From: Escherichia phage vB_EcoD_Over9000
Reading direction: 5' to 3' (one strand)
Length of the DNA: 44,583 nt
Sequence record: NC_073079.1
Shown here: positions 17,620 through 27,087 of the stretch, piece by piece
Numbering within the stretch: the first letter of the stretch is position 1
Layout of the letters: each line of letters opens with the position of its first letter
Position numbers and translations under genes: made by a program
The notes under the pieces: generated by a model
Told to the model about the DNA's origin: nothing
The model's input: only the letters and a program-made list of their open reading frames with translations
The model's database searches: none

Positions 17620-20600
17620 CGATTATCTACGACGTCACAGGGCATAAAGGCGGCGGCGGCAAACAGCACACCCCACAGGAGACGCCAGATAGCCTGCATT
17701 CGCTGGCTAAAATCCGCATCTTGCTTGCGCTGGGGGAAGGGGAATTCGAAAGTATTACCAGCGCCAGCGAATTGCGGCAGCGTGTTTACCTGGATGGAAC
17801 GCCGATCCAGAACGCTGACTTGTCCGAAAACTTCCCTGGCGCGCGTGTGGAGTTCCGCCCCGGCACACAGCACCAGGATGTGATCCACGGATTTTCAGCG
17901 GTGGAAAGTGAGCAATCTGTCGGCGTAAAACTGGAAAACGGTACGCCGTGGGTACGCCAGATTAACGATACCAGTCTGGACGCCGTTCGCATTCGCATCG
18001 GAATTCCGGCCCTGTACACTAACGAAGATAATGGCGACCTGGTTGGCGGACGCATTGACTATAAGATCGTTGTGTATACGGATAACGCCGACCCGCGTGA
18101 GTTCAGATTCGCCGCCGTTGGTAAAACAATGTCGCTGTATGAGCGCGACCACCGCATCGAATTACCGCCGAACGTGAATACCGGCTGGCGCGTGGAGGTG
18201 CACCGCATAACGGCAGACTCCACATCGGCGAAAGTGGTTAATGATATCCGGGTGCAGTCCATCACTGAGATTATTGACGCCCGCCTGCGTTACCCGCTAA
18301 CCGCGCTGTTGTTTGTGGAGTTCGACGCCAAAGCGTTCCAGAACATCCCGCGCGTGTCCATCAAGTGCAAAGGTCGCAAAGTTCTAATACCGAACAACTA
18401 CGACCCGATCAATCATACCTATTCCGGGGACTGGGACGGCACGTTTAAACGCGCATGGACGGATAACCCTGCGTGGCACTGGTACGATATTTGTATTACT
18501 GAGCGCTTCGGCCTCGGTCGGCGTATCAAACCGCAAATGCTAAACCGATACGCGCTCTACCAGATTGCGCAGCGCTGCGATCAGTTGGTCAGCGACGGCA
18601 ACGGTGGTCGAGAAATCCGCTTTAAGAATGATATGTACATTCAGTCACAGACGGATGCCTGGACCGTGCTTAAGGATTTAGCCGCCATCTTCGCCGGAAT
18701 GACCTGGTGGGGCAACCAGATGTTTAATATCGTCAGTGACCAACCGGTCGCAGCAGTGTCGCACACTATCACCAACGCCTCGGTAATTGATGGGCGATTC
18801 GACTACGCATCTGGTAGCCAGAAAACGCGCTATTCCACATTCGCGGTAGCATACGGCAATCCGAAAAACCACTATGAAGATGCTATCGCAACGGGGCAAC
18901 GTGTCGAACTGGTACGCCGCCATAAGATTAACCGTCTTGATATTACGGCGATCGGCTGTACGCGCGAGTCAGAAGCGCAACGCCGGGGGCACTGGGCGCT
19001 AATCTCAAACCAGCTTGACCAGCAAGTTAGTTTTAAGGTGGGCATGGAGGGGTTATTCTTTATTCCTGGTAGCGTAGTCGCGATCGCGGACACAAACATT
19101 TCTGGCGGATTCGAGACTCGTGGCGGTCGCCTGTTGTCAGATCCGGGCACGCGTACCGTGCTGAACACGGACAGCGAAATCACGTTCCGTCCTGGCGATA
19201 AGTTCCTGGTTCGCACCGATAGCGGTAATGTGGAGACTCGCGAGATCGCCAGCGTCAACGGCAACAAGGTTACGCTAAAAACCGCACTTGACGCCGACCC
19301 GATTCCAGACCAGCCGTTTTGCGTTGATGGCGACGATATCCAGTTGCAAAAATTCCGCATCACCGACCTGGAATATGACGACTCTACTAGCACTTTCTCG
19401 GTGCGCGGGATTGAATACAACGATAGCAAATATGATGCCGTTGATAATGGCGCGCGCCTTGACCCAGGCATCTTTACGCAAGTGCCTGACGGGGTAATGA
19501 AGGGGCCGGAATCCGTGACCATCACCCCGTCGCAGATTTCATCGCAAGGGCAGCTAATCACCAACGTGGATATTGTATTCCCTCCGGTGAAGGATGCCGT
19601 GGTGTATGAAATCCAGTGGAGGCGTACCAGCCTTCAGAATATGGAAATCCAGTGGGGTAACGACTGGGTGAATATCCCACGCACGGCGTCGAATGGGGCG
19701 CACATCCCTAACGTGTTCTCCGGTAACTACCAGGCACGCGTCCGCGCGATCGGTATGGGCGAGATTTCATCTCCGTGGGTGTCGTCCGCCATCACGCCGG
19801 TGGAAGGTCGTCTCGGTGGGCTTAACGCACCAATCATCACCAACGCTATTTCGGGCCTTCACCAGATCTTGTGGAAGTGGAACCACAACAACGCCGCTAC
19901 TGATATCTCGTACACCGAGCTTGAAGTGCGCAAGACCGGTGAGACTGAATGGAAATTCCTTACCAACGTCCCATATCCGGGGGCGGAGTATGCGCAAACG
20001 TCGCTGGAGTTCGGCATATACCAGCAGTTGCGCGCCCGTGTAGCGGATAAAATCGGCAACCTGTCGGACTGGTCCGCCCCGTTTGAAGGCCAGGTGAGTG
20101 ACAAAGTTGACGAGTATATGAAGGGGCTTGATGACGAGTTCTTGACTTCCGAGGATGGTAAACGCTTCCAGGAAGCAATCAACACGATCCCGCAAGGCAT
20201 TTATGAGTCAATGCTCACCGACGCCCAGCAGCTATTCAACGCCCGCGCCGAGTACAAAGGGATTTATGCGGAAATCAAGGTAGCGTATAACGTGGCGGCG
20301 GATGCCCACCAGGCGGTGGCGCAACTGGAAACGTTGATCGGCACTCGTCTTGACGATGCTGAAGCGGCAATCCATACGTTGCAGACAGCGCAGAGTACGC
20401 AGGAACAAGCGTTCGCCCAGTACCAGCAAACTGTCGCCGCTAAGTTTTCGGAACAGGAAGCCGCCATCCAGTCAGTGCAAACGGCAACGGCTGACGTAGC
20501 TGGCGCGCTGGCGGAGTACAAGACCCAGGTCGCGGCACAGTTCGGGCAGCAGTCCGCCGCAATCGAGCAGAAGATGACGTCCACGTTTAACCACTCCGGT

Positions 20601-21035
20601 GGTAGCGCCACATACAGCCTTAAAGCTGGCGTGACGTATAACGGGACTTACTACGACGCCGGTATGCAGCTTTCCGTTGTGACGTCTGGCAGCGCGGTTA
20701 AATCCCGCATCGCGTTCAAGGCGGACCAGTTCTACATCATGCATCCGTCCAATGGGACGCTGTCGTCTGCGTTTATTGTGGACGGTGGCGCGGTGTATAT
20801 CGACACGGCACGCATCAAGAACGCGTCCATCAACTTCGCGCAGATCACAGACACGCTGCAATCGAATAACTACGACGGCAGCACGCGCGGATGGCGCTTA
20901 GGGAAAGATGGAACGTTTATCAACCTGGGCACCGGTAGCGGCGGCGGGATGAAACAGACGAACACAAGAATCAGCGTGAAGGACGGAAACGGCGTTCTCC
21001 GCGTGCAGATTGGTGAGCTTACTGGTAGCTGGTAG
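17616..21035 (+). CDS. tail tip / host specificity protein (J-like)
   Basis: 1139 aa; the largest tail gene, following M-L-K-I; followed by terminator 21038-21060. Confidence 0.85.
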   Translation: MTIIYDVTGHKGGGGKQHTPQETPDSLHSLAKIRILLALGEGEFESITSASELRQRVYLDGTPIQNADLSENFPGARVEFRPGTQHQDVIHGFSAVESEQSVGVKLENGTPWVRQINDTSLDAVRIRIGIPALYTNEDNGDLVGGRIDYKIVVYTDNADPREFRFAAVGKTMSLYERDHRIELPPNVNTGWRVEVHRITADSTSAKVVNDIRVQSITEIIDARLRYPLTALLFVEFDAKAFQNIPRVSIKCKGRKVLIPNNYDPINHTYSGDWDGTFKRAWTDNPAWHWYDICITERFGLGRRIKPQMLNRYALYQIAQRCDQLVSDGNGGREIRFKNDMYIQSQTDAWTVLKDLAAIFAGMTWWGNQMFNIVSDQPVAAVSHTITNASVIDGRFDYASGSQKTRYSTFAVAYGNPKNHYEDAIATGQRVELVRRHKINRLDITAIGCTRESEAQRRGHWALISNQLDQQVSFKVGMEGLFFIPGSVVAIADTNISGGFETRGGRLLSDPGTRTVLNTDSEITFRPGDKFLVRTDSGNVETREIASVNGNKVTLKTALDADPIPDQPFCVDGDDIQLQKFRITDLEYDDSTSTFSVRGIEYNDSKYDAVDNGARLDPGIFTQVPDGVMKGPESVTITPSQISSQGQLITNVDIVFPPVKDAVVYEIQWRRTSLQNMEIQWGNDWVNIPRTASNGAHIPNVFSGNYQARVRAIGMGEISSPWVSSAITPVEGRLGGLNAPIITNAISGLHQILWKWNHNNAATDISYTELEVRKTGETEWKFLTNVPYPGAEYAQTSLEFGIYQQLRARVADKIGNLSDWSAPFEGQVSDKVDEYMKGLDDEFLTSEDGKRFQEAINTIPQGIYESMLTDAQQLFNARAEYKGIYAEIKVAYNVAADAHQAVAQLETLIGTRLDDAEAAIHTLQTAQSTQEQAFAQYQQTVAAKFSEQEAAIQSVQTATADVAGALAEYKTQVAAQFGQQSAAIEQKMTSTFNHSGGSATYSLKAGVTYNGTYYDAGMQLSVVTSGSAVKSRIAFKADQFYIMHPSNGTLSSAFIVDGGAVYIDTARIKNASINFAQITDTLQSNNYDGSTRGWRLGKDGTFINLGTGSGGGMKQTNTRISVKDGNGVLRVQIGELTGSW

Positions 21036-21037
21036 TA

Positions 21038-21060
21038 TAGGGGCTTCGGCCCCTTTTTAA
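21038..21060 (+). terminator. intrinsic terminator after J-like gene
   Basis: GGGGC-TTCG-GCCCC hairpin (UUCG tetraloop) followed by TTTTT. Confidence 0.75.
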
Positions 21061-21071
21061 CGAGGTTATTT

Positions 21072-21374
21072 ATGGCATTCGGTATCGCAACGTGGGACGC
21101 GCAAGGACGCCCAAACAACTACGGCATTAAACCGGTAAGCGTGATCGGAAGGATTCATCTTGCGGAAGGACAAAAATCAGGCGCATGGTCATTCCCTGTA
21201 CCGGCGGGGATGAAGGTCGGATACGTGGTCGCACTGGATAAAGGCGCGGTCGGGCCAGGCCGCAGAATAACCGCCAGCGGGAACACTATCACGGTTTCCG
21301 CGGCAAGTGCGGTAGGTGGCGGGGTTTACTCCGCATCTGAATGTGACGTTATTGTTTTTGTGGAGCGAGCATAA
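21072..21374 (+). CDS. hypothetical protein (tail-associated?)
   Basis: 100 aa Gly/Ala/Val-rich ORF after the J-like gene. Confidence 0.45.
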   Translation: MAFGIATWDAQGRPNNYGIKPVSVIGRIHLAEGQKSGAWSFPVPAGMKVGYVVALDKGAVGPGRRITASGNTITVSAASAVGGGVYSASECDVIVFVERA

Positions 21375-22048
21375 TGGCTAATTACGGCGCGTTGATTGAC
21401 TTACCAAACGGCAACCCGTTTATCACGCCAGAATCGACGCCGTTTTGTCTATTCCGCCGTGTGGTTGTTGGGTCTTCGGCTAACGGCACTGCGCAGTCGG
21501 CGGCTGCCGATATTAATTTGGGCGGTGACTACCCCGCAATAGCGTTTGTGAAAACTACGCACACCGCCCAGCCGACCGTCGTAGGGTCTTCTCGCGTTGG
21601 TAATGTGGTGAAGGTGAGCGCCAGCAATCCATTCGGGCGGGGCTTCACGATGACGGCTTACATCTTTGCTATATTCCCACAGTCCCTTCCGCGGTGGGGC
21701 TTCGCTATTTGGGATAAGACGGGGAAGCTAGTGCTTACTAATGAGAGTCGCGTACTAAGTGATTTAGTTACCGTCGGATCGCCAGGCGCTAACGGGGGGA
21801 TTAACATTGACCAGACGCTAAACGGCAGCTACGCCGTCGCTCCGGGCATATTGGGGTCTACGCTGATCCGGTTTTTTGTGCAGGGCCAGCCGCAAGTAAT
21901 ATCGGTAACGGCGTACACGGGGGCCAGATTTGATGGGTCGCGAACGCGTATATCGGCAGCGTCGGCGGGGAACGCCACGGGGAGTGTGGTGGGGTATACT
22001 AACAACGGCAACGCGATTATGGCGATTAACACCGCCAATTATGATTGA
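21374..22048 (+). CDS. hypothetical protein (tail-associated?)
   Basis: 224 aa Gly/Ser/Thr/Ala-rich ORF, start overlapping upstream stop; ends at a bidirectional terminator. Confidence 0.45.
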   Translation: MANYGALIDLPNGNPFITPESTPFCLFRRVVVGSSANGTAQSAAADINLGGDYPAIAFVKTTHTAQPTVVGSSRVGNVVKVSASNPFGRGFTMTAYIFAIFPQSLPRWGFAIWDKTGKLVLTNESRVLSDLVTVGSPGANGGINIDQTLNGSYAVAPGILGSTLIRFFVQGQPQVISVTAYTGARFDGSRTRISAASAGNATGSVVGYTNNGNAIMAINTANYD

Positions 22049-22049
22049 A

Positions 22050-22075
22050 GAAAGCCCCGAAAGGGGCTTATTTGC
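22050..22075. terminator. bidirectional intrinsic terminator
   Basis: AAGCCCC-GAAA-GGGGCTT hairpin between convergent + gene (ends 22048) and the reverse-strand lipoprotein gene (ends 22068); T-rich on both flanks. Confidence 0.65.
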
Positions 22076-22286
22076 AGGTTGTGCTTTTGAAGTGGTCGAC
22101 CGACACATACTGGAAGTTGAATGGGTATCCCGCCCGTAACATTTTATGACCGCTAACGTCTGCAACCCCAAACACAGGGACGGAATACTCCACGCCACTA
22201 TTCATGTATGTCGCGTCGCAGACTTTAGTCGGCATGTTGGCACAACCCGACAAAAGAACCCCACAAATCATAATTAAAGTTTTCAT
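22068..22286 (-). CDS. outer-membrane lipoprotein, Cor/Llp-like superinfection-exclusion candidate
   Basis: 72 aa from ATG 22286 (RBS AGGAGAT on reverse strand); signal peptide MKTLIMICGVLLSGC with lipobox LSGC; reverse-strand gene wedged between tail tip and tail fiber genes. Confidence 0.55.
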   Translation of the reverse strand: MKTLIMICGVLLSGCANMPTKVCDATYMNSGVEYSVPVFGVADVSGHKMLRAGYPFNFQYVSVDHFKSTTCK

Positions 22287-22366
22287 GGTATCATCTCCTG
22301 TATTTGGTCGAGTTTTAGTATCGCACCGCTCGACCAGGATTGCAACCAATTTAAGAGGATTCAGCT

Positions 22367-24175
22367 ATGGCAGCGGGTACACTATCCGTAACGAATAACA
22401 GCAAGGCGGTTGTCGGGGTCGGCACAACGTTTACGGCGTTTAAAGCGGGCGACTTCTTAACGCTGGTGGTGGGTCAAGTCCCCTACACCGTAGCGATCGC
22501 GTCCGTTGAAAGTGCAACCGCGCTAACGCTGGTGCTGCCGTTCGACGGCCCTACGGCAACCGGCCTAGCGTGGGATGGCGTTAAGCGCGACACCATGTCG
22601 CTGGCGACGATGGGCGTAACCGTCCAGGCACAGAAAGCGTTGCGCTTGATGATCGCAGATGAAAACAACTGGCGTGCAATCTTCGGCGACGCTGAAGAAA
22701 TCACAGTGACGTTACCTAACGGGCAGGTTATGCAGGGTATGTCATGGGGCTACCTGTCGTCTTTGCTGAAGGAAGTAGACCCCGTTGAGATGCGCAACCT
22801 TCAACAACAGGCCGAGACGGCGAAAAACCAAGCTGTTACCGCAAAAGGCCAGGCCGAATCCGCGCGCGACGCCGCTAATACTGCGAAGACCGGAGCAGAG
22901 AACGCTCGCAACCAGGCGCAAGGCTACCGTGATGAGGCGGAAGGTTTTAAAAACCAGATTAACCCTGCACTATTCGTGCAGAAGTCCCAAAACCTGAATG
23001 ACGTTGCCGATAAAGCTGAGGCGCGCGCTAACTTGCAAGTTTTATTTGCGTCAAACTCTAACCTGGGGGCTACCGACCTCAACACGCTCAACAGCACGAA
23101 GGAAGGGCGTTATTACCAGACCACATCGGTGAACGCTACACCAGAGCGTAACTACCCGTTTCAGGAAGCCGGTTGTCTTACCGTGTTTAAAACCGGCGGG
23201 GGTAGTGTGGAGGCTTGCATCCAGGAGTACACCACGTTTTCAAGCCTGCGTCGGTTCGTCCGTTCGCTCGCTGGGGCGGTGTGGACGGAGTGGAAGGAGA
23301 TCTACCTGCAAGGGTCGTCCCCAACATACGAAAATATCGACTCGACAGGACGAGTTAGATCTGAAAAGGCATATCCAGCGTTCGAGTGGGTGTCGACGAG
23401 AGTAGCCGACGATTTCATCGGTAAGCGAGTCAGCATTGAGAACGACACAGGCGTTAATATGTATATGTTCTTCATGCAGAAAGACACAACCGCAAACAGA
23501 CGTGTCGTAGCGTTCGCAAGGCCAAACTCTACTGTTTTCCACTTCGTAGGGTATAACGGCGGGCTACCTACAGACGGCAACAGCGCCCCGTCGAATAACG
23601 TTAACTTTAACACGCAACCGCAAGGCTGGCGTATGGTGTCCGGCGGCTGGCAAAATGCTCCGCTCGCGGGTAATAACTACGGGACTTTATTCACGCAGTG
23701 TGTGCAAGGTGTGTCGCAGGGGGATTCTAAAGACAGCGGCACTTCTGGCCTATGGTACTCACAGCGATATTTTAATACAGAATCGCGGGTGTTTATCCGA
23801 AATCAAACAAGCAACGCCGCCTGGGGCGGGTGGTATGAATTTACTAAAACGGCAGTCTCGGATGAACGCCTGAAGAATGTAAAAGGTAATTTGAATGTTG
23901 AAGGTGCGCTCGATAACATCAACCGCATGGAATTTAAAGTATTCTCGTTTAAGGATGAGAAGGCCGGTAAGGGGTATCGTCGCGGTGTTATCTCGCAGCA
24001 GATTCGCCAGATCGATAAAGAGTACACGAAGGAGATCGGCGGGTACTATCACCTCGACCAGACACCAATGCTACTGGACGCCCTAGCGGCAATTAAGGCG
24101 TTGCGTGCGCGTGACGAGGCTAATAAAGCAGAGATTGCAGAACTGAAGGCGGCTATTGCCGAATTGAAGAAATAA
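22367..24175 (+). CDS. tail fiber protein with C-terminal intramolecular chaperone (peptidase S74-like) domain
   Basis: 602 aa; RBS AAGAGGA; C-terminal SDERLKNVKG...coiled coil resembles the auto-cleaving chaperone domain of endosialidase / L-shaped tail fibers. Confidence 0.75.
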   Translation: MAAGTLSVTNNSKAVVGVGTTFTAFKAGDFLTLVVGQVPYTVAIASVESATALTLVLPFDGPTATGLAWDGVKRDTMSLATMGVTVQAQKALRLMIADENNWRAIFGDAEEITVTLPNGQVMQGMSWGYLSSLLKEVDPVEMRNLQQQAETAKNQAVTAKGQAESARDAANTAKTGAENARNQAQGYRDEAEGFKNQINPALFVQKSQNLNDVADKAEARANLQVLFASNSNLGATDLNTLNSTKEGRYYQTTSVNATPERNYPFQEAGCLTVFKTGGGSVEACIQEYTTFSSLRRFVRSLAGAVWTEWKEIYLQGSSPTYENIDSTGRVRSEKAYPAFEWVSTRVADDFIGKRVSIENDTGVNMYMFFMQKDTTANRRVVAFARPNSTVFHFVGYNGGLPTDGNSAPSNNVNFNTQPQGWRMVSGGWQNAPLAGNNYGTLFTQCVQGVSQGDSKDSGTSGLWYSQRYFNTESRVFIRNQTSNAAWGGWYEFTKTAVSDERLKNVKGNLNVEGALDNINRMEFKVFSFKDEKAGKGYRRGVISQQIRQIDKEYTKEIGGYYHLDQTPMLLDALAAIKALRARDEANKAEIAELKAAIAELKK

Positions 24176-24180
24176 ATAGA

Positions 24181-24206
24181 AGGGGCCGTATGGCCCCTTT
24201 TTTAGT
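24181..24206 (+). terminator. intrinsic terminator after tail fiber gene
   Basis: AGGGGCC-GTAT-GGCCCCT hairpin followed by TTTTTT; marks the end of the + strand structural block. Confidence 0.8.
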
Positions 24207-24777
24207 TTGAGTTTTCCCAGTCCATTTTGCGCCGCACTAGCGGGCTTTCGTAATACTCCTTCCCATCCACTTCCACTAAGGGCCAGTCATTAACAATGAC
24301 GTAAGGCTCTGCGATATCCTCGATCACGCCGTGCGCGCTATGTTGTCCGAAATCTACGCCCACCAGGATAACCCCGGCAACGCGACGAGTGAGATACTCG
24401 CGAGCGCAACGGGCCTCGACCAGTCCTCGACGTATGCCGCTGGTGGCCTTAACCTCGTAGGTCCAGACGGCATCGATCACATGTTCGCGGAAGTCGGGAC
24501 CGGATTTTACCTTGCGCTTGCCGACCATGATAATATCGCCGCGGTCGATAGTGTTAGCGCTAAACAGGCCGGTACGCATGAGTAAGCCTTGCGGGATACA
24601 GCTACGCCCACCCGTCTGCCCTTCGAGGTACATGCCTGCAAACATTTCGCCCAGCACACCGACGAGTCTGCTTTGCTTGCACGCGTCGGACTTATACCGC
24701 CACTGGTCAAACTCGATGCTTGCGATCATTGCCGCCAGGTGGAATTGTTTACCTGATATTTCATATTCGCCGTACAT
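24202..24777 (-). CDS. hypothetical protein (possible PD-(D/E)xK-like nuclease)
   Basis: 191 aa; RBS GGGGGAT; D...EVK arrangement (GDIIMV ... WTYEVK) weakly suggestive of a restriction-endonuclease-like fold; unverified. Confidence 0.5.
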   Translation of the reverse strand: MYGEYEISGKQFHLAAMIASIEFDQWRYKSDACKQSRLVGVLGEMFAGMYLEGQTGGRSCIPQGLLMRTGLFSANTIDRGDIIMVGKRKVKSGPDFREHVIDAVWTYEVKATSGIRRGLVEARCAREYLTRRVAGVILVGVDFGQHSAHGVIEDIAEPYVIVNDWPLVEVDGKEYYESPLVRRKMDWENSN

Positions 24778-24819
24778 TGTGAATCCCCCATTGCCGCGGG
24801 CCGAAGCCCGCGATTAGTT

Positions 24820-25341
24820 TTATTTCAGCGCGCTACGTACCAGTGTTTTTTCCATGTTGCGGAAGTCTTCCGGCGTCATGAGGATTTTGGACCCGTCTTC
24901 GCCGGTGAGCACGACCATAGGCTGGACGTCCTGGTCTACGACGCCGAAATTGGCGGCTTTGACAGTCTTGCCCGCCGATGCCGAAGGATGCCACGCCCCT
25001 GCGGTGGCGATGGGCCAACCTTTAAGGCTATCGTATTGCGCTGCCGTTGTATCGATCTGAATCTCATCATGCACGGTCATGTAAGACTCGCCCAGCAGGG
25101 CGGCATACGCCACCAGATCCACGATGTTATCTTCCTGGTGCTTACGGTGCTGGCGCACCAGCTTCAGGCAGATCAGGAAGGTCCAGGCTTCTTGCTCTGT
25201 CAGGTCGCGACCGGTAAGCGCGTTAAACACGGCAGCGATTTGCTTAGCGCTGCGCTCCTCTTTCGCGTTGTCATAGCCATTCTCTTTCCCGCGCTGTTCC
25301 ATAGTGGTGGCGGCGTTTTTGCAGTATTCGTATGCTTTCAT
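24820..25341 (-). CDS. hypothetical protein (weak MazG-like helical signature)
   Basis: 173 aa; RBS AAGGAAA; N-terminal helices with EQEAW and EDNIVDLVAYAALL patterns reminiscent of MazG-type NTP pyrophosphohydrolases; speculative. Confidence 0.5.
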   Translation of the reverse strand: MKAYEYCKNAATTMEQRGKENGYDNAKEERSAKQIAAVFNALTGRDLTEQEAWTFLICLKLVRQHRKHQEDNIVDLVAYAALLGESYMTVHDEIQIDTTAAQYDSLKGWPIATAGAWHPSASAGKTVKAANFGVVDQDVQPMVVLTGEDGSKILMTPEDFRNMEKTLVRSALK

Positions 25342-25403
25342 TATGTTTTCCTTTTTAGCGTGGGGCCATATTGCCCCGACGCGTTAACTATAGTGCAACC
25401 AAC

Positions 25404-25874
25404 CTAGTGGTTGCAAGTGAATTTTGCAACGTTTATTGCGTAAATTTTCGGTACCAAATCGCTGCACGCCCGACGAATTGCCGCGATGTTCTTCTCGCAG
25501 TCCTCAATGATGACCAGTTCAGACACGTCCGCGTAGCAGACCATTTTGAACACGGCGCACGCCTTAAACTCTGGCGGCGGGGTGTCGTCCAGCATGTGGC
25601 GCATGAATAACCGGCCTACAGGGAAGACTTCCAGTTGTTTAGCGGTGGTGTCCCAACATTCTCGCTGCCGGTTGGTCAGATACGCGATCTCGAAGCCTTG
25701 CTCTTTATACATGCGCAGTAGCGGCAGCATATCCATGTTCAGGTCTTCGCGGACGTGCGCCTTGTGCCACTTCGCCCAAAAGGTGGATTTAGTTTTTATG
25801 CCAGGCACCAGATCGGCACGCGCATCGCTTGAGCCGTTAATAACGCCATCCAAATCGCAAATCAGTAATTTCAT
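25404..25874 (-). CDS. HAD-superfamily phosphatase (nucleotidase / polynucleotide phosphatase-like)
   Basis: 156 aa; N-terminal LICDLDGV matches the HAD DxDG(T/V) catalytic motif. Confidence 0.6.
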   Translation of the reverse strand: MKLLICDLDGVINGSSDARADLVPGIKTKSTFWAKWHKAHVREDLNMDMLPLLRMYKEQGFEIAYLTNRQRECWDTTAKQLEVFPVGRLFMRHMLDDTPPPEFKACAVFKMVCYADVSELVIIEDCEKNIAAIRRACSDLVPKIYAINVAKFTCNH

Positions 25875-26095
25875 TTTAAGCTCTCAATAAGTGTCTGTCG
25901 GGCGCTTCGCGCAGTAAAGGAGTTGCATACGAAATGGCAACGCCGAGTTATGACAAGCCAACCGGTGAGGTCAAGGCCCATGATGCGTCCGGGATGGGAC
26001 GCGCGCACCACATGATTGCGGCGTGGGTCGATGCAGAAGTCTTTTTGCATTTGGTCTACTACCGCGGGGTCGCGGTCAACGATTAAGATATTCAT
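25871..26095 (-). CDS. small hypothetical protein
   Basis: About 74 aa; stop overlaps the start of the HAD gene (ATGA coupling); overlaps the Dam 3' end by about 20 bp. Confidence 0.3.
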   Translation of the reverse strand: MNILIVDRDPAVVDQMQKDFCIDPRRNHVVRASHPGRIMGLDLTGWLVITRRCHFVCNSFTARSARQTLIESLK

Positions 26096-26561
26096 GTAGC
26101 TCACTCTCGCTCATTATTTCAATTTGTGCGCTGCCGCATGGCGGCGCTTCGTCAAATATTATCAATTGCTGGCACTTGTTATTGCTCGGCCCGACTTCAC
26201 CGGTTACAGCATGTATGAATCGGATCCGCCAGTCCAGAAGAATTATCAGGTTTGCAGTCTTCCTGGCCAGCTTCGCCCACTTCGTCGACGTGTCCTGATT
26301 CAGTAGCATGACCGTCCGGCGTCCGTGCGCTGCGCACTCTACCCACGGCAGCGGATCGGAATACGGCGGATTGCACCACTTCCACCCTTTCAACTCGGAC
26401 CAGTCCACATCAAGCGCGCTGTGTTCCGCCGTGAAGTAACGTGGTAGCAGATGATTGGTGTCGCTTGCCGCCATATCGTAACGGAATCGGTATTTCCGAC
26501 GAAGCGGTTTAAATAAAGCTGGCGGCGTGCGCCAGCTATCTTTTTGCTCATTCTCCGTCAT
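26076..26561 (-). CDS. DNA N6-adenine methyltransferase (phage Dam family)
   Basis: 161 aa; WRTPP...DMAAS...WCNPPYSD matches the phage T1-type Dam family signature including the catalytic NPPY motif. Confidence 0.85.
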   Translation of the reverse strand: MTENEQKDSWRTPPALFKPLRRKYRFRYDMAASDTNHLLPRYFTAEHSALDVDWSELKGWKWCNPPYSDPLPWVECAAHGRRTVMLLNQDTSTKWAKLARKTANLIILLDWRIRFIHAVTGEVGPSNNKCQQLIIFDEAPPCGSAQIEIMSESELHEYLNR

Positions 26562-27006
26562 AGTCGGGATCTATCGCATACAGGGCGGTTTTCTTGCCAC
26601 TGGATAGCACGCGTTGGACTCGGGATAGCTCCGCCCTACTGAGCGGTCGGCTATCGGAATAGTAGCTGCCGTTTGCACGCCACGCTATACGCACCAGTCC
26701 TTTCCGCGGGATCGAAGACTGGCTGCCCTTCGGACGGACGTACTCCTCGGCCAGTTTGCAATGCTCGCGCAGACCTTCGGCAGTGATGCGGTTTAGCGCG
26801 ACGGTGGTTGTGTACCCGGTGCGCTGCATAATACCCATCAACTCATACAGCAGTTCGAAGCGCTCCTCTAACTCCTTGCGCGCCTTCTCCTCGCCTTCAT
26901 AGCTCGCCAGGTAGGTGTCCGCCAGCGCGTTCGCCCGTTCGACCTGTTCGCGGGCTTCGAGGCATTGCGCGGCCCAGTAATTTTTCTCTTCTTGTAAAAT
27001 TTTCAT
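26548..27006 (-). CDS. hypothetical protein (coiled-coil N-terminus)
   Basis: 152 aa; Glu/Lys/Ala-rich helical N-terminal half; promoter-like ATTGGTTGCAT copies upstream (27056-27085). Confidence 0.5.
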   Translation of the reverse strand: MKILQEEKNYWAAQCLEAREQVERANALADTYLASYEGEEKARKELEERFELLYELMGIMQRTGYTTTVALNRITAEGLREHCKLAEEYVRPKGSQSSIPRKGLVRIAWRANGSYYSDSRPLSRAELSRVQRVLSSGKKTALYAIDPDYDGE

Positions 27007-27087
27007 CGTGTTGTCTCCAGGTATTAAAAAAGGCGTCCAAACCGGACACCCTTAAGATAATGCAACCAATATGATTATGCAACCAAT

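Noticed and set aside
24795-24825. Plus-strand intrinsic terminator (hairpin followed by TTTTATTT) inside the reverse-strand operon
   Set aside because: The flanking genes are on the reverse strand; on that strand the hairpin lacks a U-tract, so it is treated as an intercistronic RNA structure rather than a terminator.
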